A DNA stretch of 64,000 bases from Candidatus Bathyarchaeota archaeon (lineage in GTDB: Archaea > Thermoproteota > Bathyarchaeia > Bathyarchaeales > DTEX01): NCBI GenBank assembly GCA_963714275.1, contig CAVQNT010000007.1, forward strand, positions 1 to 64,000, read 5' to 3'. The first letter of the stretch is position 1; every line of letters begins with the position of its first letter. Below are positions 54,061-64,000 of the stretch, one piece after another. Both the position numbers and the translations under genes were made by a program. The notes beneath the pieces are model-generated. The model made no database searches and was not told where the DNA came from. It was given only the letters and a program-made list of their open reading frames with translations.

Positions 54061-54945
54061 TCATTTACTAAAACTATAAAATATTATATTGATTGTAAGA
54101 TTGTCCTTACTTATTGTTAGTGCCTTCATCTGCTCTCAGTCCTCAAATCCACCTACCTATATTATATTATTAGAGTGTGCGAAATTACGATAGTTTTGGT
54201 ATATACCAATTATAAATTAATGGTGAGGAAGTATATAAATTTTAGGTAGCATTTGGTAGCATTGGCAACATAGTGATATTGAAAGCATAAGCCATCTTAA
54301 GGTTAAAATCAACACGTCTTAATCTACCATATTATTAATATTATTAAAACTACCACCACTGTTTCTCCGAGACAACAAAAATAGTGTAGCTGTTCCTCAG
54401 ACGGCATCAAAACTGTTTTACTTGCTCTAACTGCTATTTGCTTTAAATGCCAAAGTGCTATCTGTAAAATTAAGAATATAAATTTAATATATGAAAAAAA
54501 ACGCCACATTAAGGATTTTGTGAGATTATGTCTATAATGATTATATATTTATGCAAGAGACAGCAAGACATACCCTTAGTCAAAACCTGACTAAATTAAC
54601 TAAAAAAAATAAATGGAAATTTCGAGTAAAACGTAACAAACATTAATAATCTTCACACAAATGGTCTTTTAATTTTCTCTTTCTTATAGCAGAACTGATT
54701 TATTTTTTTCATTTATTTATTTTTTTAGTTAATTTATTTTTTTTATTTGAGATTTGAAAGAGGTTTATTATTAAAAATTTATGCAGAATACCTTAGTCAG
54801 ATCTTAAATAAATTCAATAAAAAAAATAAAAAAAATAAAGGGAGATTTTAGGATTTAAGATTAATTTAATCACTTAGATCTGTATGATTTTCCCTTTCTA
54901 AAGTGCTTAACAGAGTTCGTAGACAATCCAGATTTCCTTTAAAGT

Positions 54946-56842
54946 CTATGAAAAGGGCGTTTTGTTCTCCTCGCCTTGTAACAGAAAGCCAAAGTGTTGT
55001 AAGCTTTGATTGAGTCTTCTTTGCCCGCTTGGAGTTTCTGGAATATTTTGTAGAACGCTAGAGAAGTAAGTTATAGGCTTTAGATGTTCGTTAAGTCCAT
55101 TGTAAGTCGTTGTTAATTCTGAAAGAGGCATGATATTTTTGGCATCATTGGATTATTGTTGGTGAAAGCACATGCTCCTAGAACAATGGCTTTCCACTTT
55201 CCGCTAGGCAAATTCTTATACTGATTCAAAAGCCACAATTCATGAGGAACACTGCTAATAGTGGTTAACATTTGCGTAATGGAGTTTATGATTAAATTGC
55301 AGATATGTGTAACATCTTCCTCCGCATCCTGAAGAATTTTGTTGATGTCATAGTCTCCTAAGTAAACTTCTTTCAGATTGTCTAATATAGCATGCTTCAA
55401 TGCTTTTCCTCTTATGTGCCTGAAAGCACCCTTGAAACTTAAACAATATTCTCTGATGTCAGGGAAAGAGGCAGTAGCAGAGTGGAGTCGATGTAAGATT
55501 TGATTACATCGGAAAAAGTTTCAGGAGGAATGTCCTTATCTAACCACGTTTGCACTTGTCTATTAGGAAAGATTGTACTTTGTACTCTAGTATTTACAAC
55601 TGATATTATATGGGTGTAGACAAGCTCATTTTTGTCTATAGTTTCATCGTTCAATGGCTCTATGTCTGTGCCTTGACTGTCTTTTTCTTTCTTAGCAATG
55701 TCTAGTTTTAGTAAGATTAGAAGTAGTCCTAATCTTGAAGATACGGGTCCTGATACAATTGCATGCCGTGATATATATTCAGCAAAGTATTGAGCAAGTT
55801 GGTTACGGTCAACAGCGACAGGATTATCTGCATCAGAAATTTCTGTCTGAGGAAGGTTAAGCAAGCAAGTTACAGAAGCAGTTGTCCTTGCTACCACTGG
55901 TCCTTTGCCCTTCCCTGCTCTTTGAACTCCTTTCTCTTTTATCTCTAATAGATTTCTTATAGCTTCTAGTATATAGTCTTGTACACTGTCTAACATCGAG
56001 AGTTCCGTATTGTCCGTCAAAATTCCTATATTTTCAGCATCAGCAGTCGCAAACCCGACTAATCCTGCTCTTGAAGCATCACTGAACCACACTCCACCGC
56101 TAATTCTTGCTATTTTCATCGCAAAAGTAGTTTTTCCCAATTTTGTAGGAGAAAGCAAGTCTGTATGGTCTTGATACTTCATTATTATCTCAGGAGTTTT
56201 TTCGTCCTCATAGGGATTGTCGTGAAAATTTATCACTTGAGATTCTAAGGCATAAATCATGTCAGCATTTTTGTACCACCCTTCGTAACAAAAGTCATGT
56301 CTGATTCTTTCAAAGTCCCAGCTCTGTATATTGTTGATTTCTTGGGGAGTCAATGGTTCAACAATTTTGAAGAGAAAAGGTGTGTTTAAGTGTTTATTAA
56401 GTATGTTTGTCCATATTTCATAAGGTTCAAGTGAGCGAGACTGAAACTTTCCATTTTCATCTGGTTCCTTTACCGTTGTTACTATGTTGCGTTCCTTAGT
56501 TATCTCAAAGATTACTTTTGATTCAGGTTCGGGAGTAGGAAATGCCAATGCATTTTCGGGTCCAAGAAAAAGTTCGTCTCGTGTAAGTGGCATTATTCTA
56601 TGCCAGTCACCAGTTAGCCTATACGTAGACTTCGTTAATATATAGTTTAAGGGAGTTCCAACGTCACATCTATATTTGTAAATGCTGTACTGATAGACAT
56701 AATTGTTAGAGTTCCAAGGTTTGTGGTTGTAGTATAGAGTGAAGTCTCTCAAGTTTACTTTTTTCTTTGCTGTTATACCAGAATAGTCAGGAGGCAGGTC
56801 TTGCAGACCAGGTCGTTCAGGAGGCAAACTAAGTCCTGACAC
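54946..56842 (-). CDS. Divergent MCM-like AAA+ helicase, frameshifts near 55450 and 55130
   Basis: SPTKLGKTT (Walker A), ASRAGLVG, SMLDS (Walker B position), RAGKG..ARTTASVTCLLN and VSSRLGL (Arg finger) in MCM order. GTG at 56842 follows AGGAGG. Confidence 0.7.
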
Positions 56843-57698
56843 TTTTTTCAGCCTCCTTTTGAGAGAGTACGTCAGGTTTTTGTCTACTATCCACAACATG
56901 CTTGAGCAGGGTTTTTGATAGATAATGTGTACATTCTTGTTTCTTTGGATGAGTTTCTTTAAATCCAGAAAATCCCTATATTTGCCTTTTAGTACTAATG
57001 CAAAGAATATTGGTTCGTCTAGGAAATTTTCTATCTCTTTATCCAATGTTATCACTCTCTGATTTATTTAATTCTGAAATCTCACAGGGACACCTACTTG
57101 CGTAGGCGTTAACGTGGCGTTAAGCCACAATTTTCAGATTATTAATTTTTTGGTTTCTGACTCTTCACCTTTTAAAGGTGGATTTTAAATCCCTCTACAT
57201 ATGGGGCATTCAGAGGTCTTTAATCACAATTTAAATTTGTGACCGTGATTTCTATTTCCTTATTTATATAATAACAGTGATCCTATATTTAAATTTTATT
57301 TTTTTTTACTAAAAGTTGTGAATATAACAAAAAATTTATATATCTTAACATCATATAAAACTCAGCTAGGATGTGGTAATCTCTTGAGACAAAGACCAAA
57401 AAGGAAGCGTAAGACAAGGCTTGAAAAACTAGCAGAAAAATACCCAGCCAAGAAATGGGGAAACTTGGAGAAGTTCGTTCATCCTGAGGAATAGAAGCGC
57501 ACGCGCTAATTCAAATTGGAACCCGCATAAAATGGAGAAGTATGTGCTATCGCAGAATTTTTAGATGAGAATTTGAAAGGAATCAATCTCAATGGATTGA
57601 AGTTAGACAGCAATGTCCTCGAGTTCAGTTTTAGAAGGCATTTCAAAGAGAAAGAAGATGATTCTCTTAATCTGGAATGATAAATCCTAAATCTTCAA

Positions 57699-58974
57699 TC
57701 AATCGTTCTGCCTTATTTGCTTCTTTTTTGTAGACTTTGGTAGTTTGAACTTTCCTCTTTCTTCAGGTGTCATTTCTCTTGTGCCTTCAAGTATCTTCTT
57801 TAGACCTTCTTCAGTATGTAACCTCACGAATCTTTCGAAGTCTGCTCTTAAATCTGCATAATTCTTCTTTTGCTCTTCTAGGTCCGTCTTAAGGGTTGTA
57901 ATCTGTTCTGTGACTTCAGAGGGAATAACTGCCTTTTCAATTACTTTCTCAATTAACGGAGTTAGGTAGTTTTCCACATTAGCATATATCTGCCTCAAAT
58001 TATCTTTCTGAACCTGTCCTTGAAAATAAGTTTCCTCCATCCCTTCCAATGTATGTCCCATCATCCAGTAGACAATGTTTTTGTTGGCGTTATGTCCTTG
58101 CAATTGACTATCAAAATACTTTCTAAAACAGTGTACTCTAACCCTGCCATGTTCCCCGTCTAATCTGAGGCTTGTCTTTTTCGCTAAATCTTTCATCATA
58201 CTATTCCATTGCTGTTCAGATAACTTATTCCCTTCTTGACCTGTAAAGATATATTGCTCTCTTAACCCATCATCTTTTACTCTAGCTCTCAGATCAGCTT
58301 TTAACAACTCCACGCCATATTTGCCGAGAAACGTAAAACGCCATCCTATCTCCCTGCCCTCTGTCTTTTCTGGAAGGTAGTCAATAGCCATAGGAACTTT
58401 TAAGGCATCTAACTTCCCTAAATCAAACTCCTTTAAATCCTTCACCTTCAGCTTTTGAACGTCACCTATCCTCATGCCTGTTTGTGCTAACCAAACAATT
58501 CTTCAGCTTCTCTTTCATATCACCTGCGTCAACTATCGCTTTATAATCACTTTCAGATAACTCGACATCATGAAATTTCCTTTGTTTCGACTTTCTATAC
58601 TTTGTATCTTCTTTGCAAAGTGGGTATCCCCAATAGCTATAAAATGACTTGACTATCAGTCTTGAAGTTGCAATAGTTTTGGGTGCAAGTCTTTTCTCCT
58701 CTTCTATTTGCTGAAACACACGCTGAAATAACCTTTCTGATTCTTTCTTTCTTTGAGCAAAATCCATTAATAATTCGCCGTCAATCTGCTTATACTCAGA
58801 CATTCTATCTTCAATCAATTGTCTTGGAGCCTTACCAGCATATTTACAAAACTGTTTTATCTCTCTGAGATACAATGGTCTGCTTTCATTAGACTTCCCT
58901 AGTAGCCATTGAATAACTGCATCTTGGTCTGCTTTTTCTGTAAATGCCTCTTTTACCTTTTCTTCATGACTCAT
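57699..58974 (-). CDS. Tyrosine recombinase/integrase, frameshift near 58500
   Basis: TGMRIGD, EKT, HCFRKYF, MMGH and ETY catalytic residues; C-terminal coiled coil. Confidence 0.9.
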
Positions 58975-59232
58975 TTACTTCTTTTCCTCAAAAATATAAT
59001 CTTAGAGGTCTTATTTAAATTTTTTTATTATAAAAGATGGGAAAATTACTATTTTCATTCACCTGAAAGCCAAAAATCTAGATAAGTCCATGACGGTTGC
59101 GGTATGTCACACAAATCAGATAGCCTCCCGTAAACAGCGTTTATTGTTCAAAATTGAAACTCGGTTGTTGAACAAATCATACTAAGTAGAAACACTTGAA
59201 TCCACATATAAAAAGAAAAAAGTGTTGGGACT

Positions 59233-60432
59233 CTAAGCGGGAATTGTCACCCACTTGCTCTTTTCTGACGATTCCTCGATTGCGGACAGTATTTCTTGGC
59301 ATTTCAGCCCGTCGTAGAAGGTTGCACCCAGCGGAGCCACTGACTTGTCGTTCACTATGCAATCTACCAAGTGGTGGATTTCGTGCGCGAAAGTATGTTC
59401 CCAGCCGATAATGTGCCCCTGCGGCCACCAGTGCTCCATGAACGGGTGAACGCTTTCGGTGACCAGAATGTTGCGGAAGCCCATTCTGTCATCCTGGTCC
59501 TTCTTTGAGTAAACTTCCAGTTCGTTCAGCCGTTCAAGGTTGAAGCTGATTGACCCTTCTGTCCCGTGAACCTCAACCCTCTGATAGTTCTTTCTTCCTG
59601 CACAGAAGCGGGAACTTTCAAGGCTACCGACCGCGTTGTTCCTGAACTTGACCATGGCGATGAACATGTCGTCCACGTCAACCTTGCCCTTCTTTTCTGG
59701 ATTATCCTGCAACTGGCGTTCCTTGATGAAGGTCTCAGTTAATCCGCAAATTGAGGCGAAGTCTCCCACGAGAAACCTAGACAAGTCCACGATGTGTGCT
59801 CCTAGGTCGCCTAATGCTCCTGATCCAGCGACGCTTTTCCTCAGCCTCCAAACCAAAGGAAACGAGGGATCCATAATCCACTCCTGAAGGTAAACGGCTC
59901 TGAACTGAAGGACTTTGCCGATGTAGCCTTCGTCAATGAGGTTCCTCGCCAGCCTCAACGCGGGAACAAAACGGTAATTAAAAGCTGTCATGTGCTTTAC
60001 GCCCGCCTTCTCAGCAGCCTCATACATCGCCCTCGCTTCCCTGAGGGTTCCAGCAAGTGGCTTCTCGCAAATCACGTTCTTTCCAGCTTCGACTGCCGCT
60101 ATGCAGGGTTCAGAATGCAAGTTGTTTGGCAAACAGTTGTCGACAAGCTGAATCCTCTTGTCTTTGACGACATCCTTCCAGTTAGTGTAGTAGGTTTCAA
60201 ACCCATATCTTTTTGCCAGCTTCACTAAAGCCTCCTCCGTTCTTCCGCAGAGAGCTATCAAGCGCGGTCTCGCAGGAGGCGGATAGAAGAACACTGGCAT
60301 CTTTTTGTAACCGTTTGTATGAGCTTTGCCCATGAAGGCGTAGCCTAACACGCCGACGCTGATGTCTTTAACTTCTTTAGGTTCCTTCGAAACCTTGCCC
60401 ATCGTCACAAATCCGACTTCTTTCTTCGACAC
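59233..60432 (-). CDS. Gfo/Idh/MocA family oxidoreductase
   Basis: GYAFMGKAH, CEKPLA, GALGDLGAH and GHIIGWEHTF motifs. Confidence 0.92.
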   Translation of the reverse strand: MSKKEVGFVTMGKVSKEPKEVKDISVGVLGYAFMGKAHTNGYKKMPVFFYPPPARPRLIALCGRTEEALVKLAKRYGFETYYTNWKDVVKDKRIQLVDNCLPNNLHSEPCIAAVEAGKNVICEKPLAGTLREARAMYEAAEKAGVKHMTAFNYRFVPALRLARNLIDEGYIGKVLQFRAVYLQEWIMDPSFPLVWRLRKSVAGSGALGDLGAHIVDLSRFLVGDFASICGLTETFIKERQLQDNPEKKGKVDVDDMFIAMVKFRNNAVGSLESSRFCAGRKNYQRVEVHGTEGSISFNLERLNELEVYSKKDQDDRMGFRNILVTESVHPFMEHWWPQGHIIGWEHTFAHEIHHLVDCIVNDKSVAPLGATFYDGLKCQEILSAIEESSEKSKWVTIPA

Positions 60433-60435
60433 TTT

Positions 60436-61406
60436 TCACCACCACACCTGCTTAAGGGGAGCCTTGATTATTAATGACTTTAGGAAAGCTATGCATTTTT
60501 CGCACCCGTCTTCGCGGCTCATCACGGGGTCTTCGTGCTCGTAACTCAGGACAAAATCATAGTGGACCTCAAGCAGCGCGGTTATTACCCTTTTCCATTC
60601 AACATCGCCCCAGCCTACGACCCTGAACCTGAACCCTCTGCCCTGCCTCATCCACCCGCCCGTTGGTATAACGCCTGACGTTGCGACGTTCTCCTTCACG
60701 ATCTCTGCATCCTTGGCATGCGCATGATAGATTCTATCCCCGAACTTCTTGATGAAAACAACAGGGTCAATTCCCTGCCAGACGAAGTGACTCGGGTCGA
60801 AGTTAACCCCGAACTCTTTTCTACCATCAACCGCCTTTATCGCCTGCTCCGTCGTTTCAACGTTGTACGCCTGTTCCTGCGGGTGAACCTCGTGGGCAAA
60901 CTTAATCCCATGCGCAGCAAACACGTCGAAAATGGGGTTCCAACGCTCAGCGAACATCTTGAAACCTTCCTCGTAAATCTTCTCGTAGGCGGGTGGAAAA
61001 ATGTACCATGCTCCCCAATACGGTGCTCCGATGAACCCGTTCACGACGCTAACATCAAGCGCAGCTGCAGTTCAGCAGTTTTCTTCATGCGTTCCGTGCC
61101 ATATTTTACTTTTTCTTCCGGTGTGCCTTTGAAAAAGTCGTCTGTTGAAGCGCCGTGAGGCCCGAGCACAAGTTGCCCTTCAAGGTGGTTGCTGATTCCA
61201 GAAATTGAAAGCCCATATTTTTCGACTGTTTTTTTAAGTTTCGTGGCACCGCCGCTTAGGACGTTGTCGAGGTCGAGGTGAGTGCTTCCCTTCCATGCTG
61301 CGAGTTCAACGCTTTCGTAGCCGAGCTTTGAAACATATTCTAACACTTTTTCCAGTTTAAGTTCATTGTACAGAACGGTGAAGATACCTATCTTCAAACG
61401 AGTCAA
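60436..61406 (-). CDS. Sugar phosphate isomerase/epimerase (IolE/xylose-isomerase-like TIM barrel), frameshift near 61060
   Basis: HEVHP, NFDPSH, HAHAKD and SYEHED motifs. Confidence 0.88.
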
Positions 61407-61532
61407 TCTCCTATATGTTTTTTGTGAAGTCTAGTATCACCATATTGTCTTAAATAATTTACACTTACCAATGAATTACAGAAAAATTGTTATATGAAGA
61501 AATAAGCTCTGTTTGGTCAAAAAACGGTCTTG

Positions 61533-61724
61533 TCACTCAACTTTCTTGGCAACAGAATATTTGCGGATCTTCAGGTCGTTAATTATTTCATTGCTCTCGA
61601 AAAGTCTCCTCAAAGAGCTGAAAACGGCTTTTGGTTTTTTGTCCAATTTCCCAGCAATCTCGACGAGAGTAAGAGGCCCAGATTCGCTTAGCAGCTTAAG
61701 AACCTGTTCGTCCAGCTTGTTCAA
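61533..61724 (-). CDS. Small winged-helix DNA-binding protein
   Basis: VLKLLSESGPLTLVEIAGKL..VFSSLRRL pattern. Confidence 0.65.
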   Translation of the reverse strand: MNKLDEQVLKLLSESGPLTLVEIAGKLDKKPKAVFSSLRRLFESNEIINDLKIRKYSVAKKVE

Positions 61725-62005
61725 CCTCGAAGCACCTCAACATTTTCCAATATTTTCCAGCCTTCAGTATTTATCATCTTCGCTGAAAACCAAAAATCCT
61801 CTTATTGAATAAACTTTTAAAGACATTTTATTTTCTTGGTCATGTTCACAAAAAATCATGTATTATTGACCTTCATAATGGATAATACTAACCAAAATTG
61901 TGAATAGGTAGAACCGTTGATACGCAATTAAGCTTATAAAACGGATTTCGCAAAGTATCTGAAGACATAATACATTTAAGCGCGGAACGTATTGAAGGCG
62001 GTATC

Positions 62006-64000
62006 ATGTATGAGCTGTGGCTTGTCGCGCCATTATCTGCTCTAGTCTCAATCGTAGTTGGACTCTACTTCTACAATTATGTTAACAAACAGGACCCAGG
62101 AACCGAAAAAATGCAGGAAATCGCCTCTGCAATTAGGGAAGGGGCAAGAACATTTCTAAACAGGGAATACAAAACATTGGCAGTGTTCGTGTCCATAGTC
62201 GCTGTTTTCATGTTCATTTTTCTTCCTTCACCCATATGGTCAAATCCTGACCCCTTAAAAAATATAGCAATAGTTACAGCGTATGTTTTCGGATCAGTCT
62301 GTTCAGCAACAGCTGGCTTCCTCGGAATGAACATATCAACAAAAGCGAACACAAGGGCAGCCAGCGCAGCGAGAGAAGGACTGAACAAAGCCTTCACAAT
62401 AGGTTTCCGCGGTGGAGCAGTCATGGGAATGGCAGTCGTAGGTCTCGGCTTGCTCGGAGTAAGCGTCGTGTATTGGGCAACAGGCGACCCCGAAGTCATA
62501 TTGGGATTCAGCTTCGGCGCAAGTTCCCTTGCCCTTTTCGCTAAGGCTGGCGGTGGCATATACACAAAGACTGCTGACATAAGCGCAGACTTGGTTGGAA
62601 AGGTGGAGCTGAACATTCCTGAGGACGACCCGAGAAACCCAGCTGTAATTGCTGACAACGTTGGCGACAATGTGGGCGATGTTGCAGGCATGGGAGCAGA
62701 CCTTTTCGACTCATACGTGGCAAGTATCGTCGCAGTCATGATTCTTGGACAAGCCTTGAACCTGTTGCCGGGCTCCCAAGGAATATACCTTCAAATCCCC
62801 CTAGTGTTCGCTGGCCAAGGCATCCTGTCAGCTGATTGTAGGAGCTTTGACAGTAAGGGTAGGAAGCGGGGGCAACCCAGGCAAAGCTTTGAACACAGGA
62901 ACATACGTTACATGCATAATTTTTGTGGGCTTAACATACGTGACATCGGTCTTCATCCAGTATAACCTCAGAATTTGGGGAGCCTCAACAGTCGGTCTAA
63001 TTGCGGGAGTCATCATAGGCGTAACCTCGGACTACTTTACCTCAGAGGACAAGGCGCCAGTCCAAAAAACAGCGGAAGCAGCACAAACAGGAGCAGCCAT
63101 AAACATCATAACAGGATTCTCCTACGGTCTACGCAGCGTTCTACCACCACTAGTGGGAATTGCAGGCGCAGCAGTCGTAGCATACAGACTATGTGAGCCA
63201 TTAGGCACCCAATATGCACTCTACGGTATATCTATGGCAGCATTGGGAATGCTGTCAATCGTAGGCTTAGTGGTTTCAAACGACGCCTATGGTCCCATAG
63301 TTGACAACTCCAAGGGAATAGCAGAGCAGGGAGGACTCGGTGAAGAAGTCATAAACGTAACAGACGAGCTGGACGCAGCAGGAAACACTGCAAAGGCAAT
63401 AACGAAAGGATTCGCTATAGGTGCAGCGGGATTAACCGTGATTGCCCTTTTCAGCTGCATTCCAAGAAATAATCAGAAACGAAACAGGCATAACAGTCAG
63501 CTTCGACCTGATGAACCCACTCGTTCTGTTAGGCGCCTTTATAGGAACTGCCATACCCGCTGTTTTTTCAGCGATGCTTATGCTTGGAGTTGGAAGAAAC
63601 GCTTTCAGAATGATTGAGGAAATCAGAAGGCAATTTAGGGAAATTCCGGGACTCAGAGAAGGAAAAGAAGGAGTAAAACCTGAGTATAGCCGGTGCGTTG
63701 ACATCGCAACCAAAGGCGCATTACAAGAGCTTCTACCAGCAAGCGTCATGGCCATCGCTGCAACATTGATTGTTGGGTTTGTCGGCGGAGTCGAAGCGTT
63801 AGGTGGATACCTCGCTGGCAGCATTTTCTCAGGACTACTATTCGCGTTGCTTATGGCTAACGCTGGTGGCTTATGGGACAACGCCAAGAAACTGATAGAG
63901 TCCGGAGCGTATGGCGGAAAAGGGTCAGAAGCTCACAAAGCAGCAGTCATAGGCGACACTGTTGGCGACCCATTCAAGGATACTGCTGGTCCATCGCTTA
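62006..64000 (+). CDS. hppA: Membrane-bound ion-translocating pyrophosphatase, probably K+-independent; two frameshifts, runs off the window
   Basis: GGIYTKTADISADLVGKVE, EDDPRN, DNVGDNVGD and GDTVGDPFKD motifs. GNTAKA has Lys at the K+-dependence determinant. Confidence 0.92.

Larger units (their letters stand above)
51930..59090 (-). mobile_element. Integrated mobile element core (integrase, MCM-like helicase, wHTH protein, histone); may extend left to about 44.7 kb
   Basis: Terminal tyrosine integrase, co-directional replication-type module and AT-rich DNA. att sites were not found, so boundaries are approximate. Confidence 0.75.

Noticed and set aside
44650-59230. attL/attR direct repeats for the integrated element
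   Set aside because: Only short matches (GCCAAAAAT, AAGTCC) were found by eye, and no tRNA fragment; not significant.
502-64000. More than 20 frameshifted genes as mass pseudogenisation or programmed frameshifting
   Set aside because: Single-base indels hit essential genes (thermosome, transketolase, NucS, HppA) that are otherwise intact, often at homopolymers. Sequencing error is the simpler explanation.

Overview
Archaeal chromosomal window, most consistent with a TACK archaeon such as Bathyarchaeia (inferred from archaeal histone, thermosome, S17e, NucS, BHB-type tRNA introns and an unlinked 5S rRNA). More than 20 otherwise intact genes, including essential ones, are split by single-base indels, which most likely reflects uncorrected long-read errors. 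Layout: 0-19 kb is metabolic (ATP-dependent reductase cluster, GH31 alpha-xylosidase, complete HoxEFUYH NiFe-hydrogenase, tRNA-Trp, 5S rRNA, transketolase, MoaD/MoaE/MoeB, rhamnose isomerase-like gene, tRNA-Glu). 19-39 kb is AT-richer accessory DNA (polyamine cluster, repair/defence singletons, coiled-coil paralogue pair). 39-44.6 kb is core genes. 44.7-59.1 kb is accessory DNA ending in an integrated element with a tyrosine integrase, a divergent MCM-like helicase and its own variant histone. 59-64 kb holds sugar catabolism genes and a membrane pyrophosphatase. Most notable: a tRNA-Trp that only folds after removing four BHB introns; the histone- and MCM-encoding element; and two families of dispersed intergenic motifs (TTTTAATCCCCAAACCC and CTAG/TAGY tetramer clusters) that bracket accessory genes like cassette boundaries. 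All calls come from motif reading; no searches were run.
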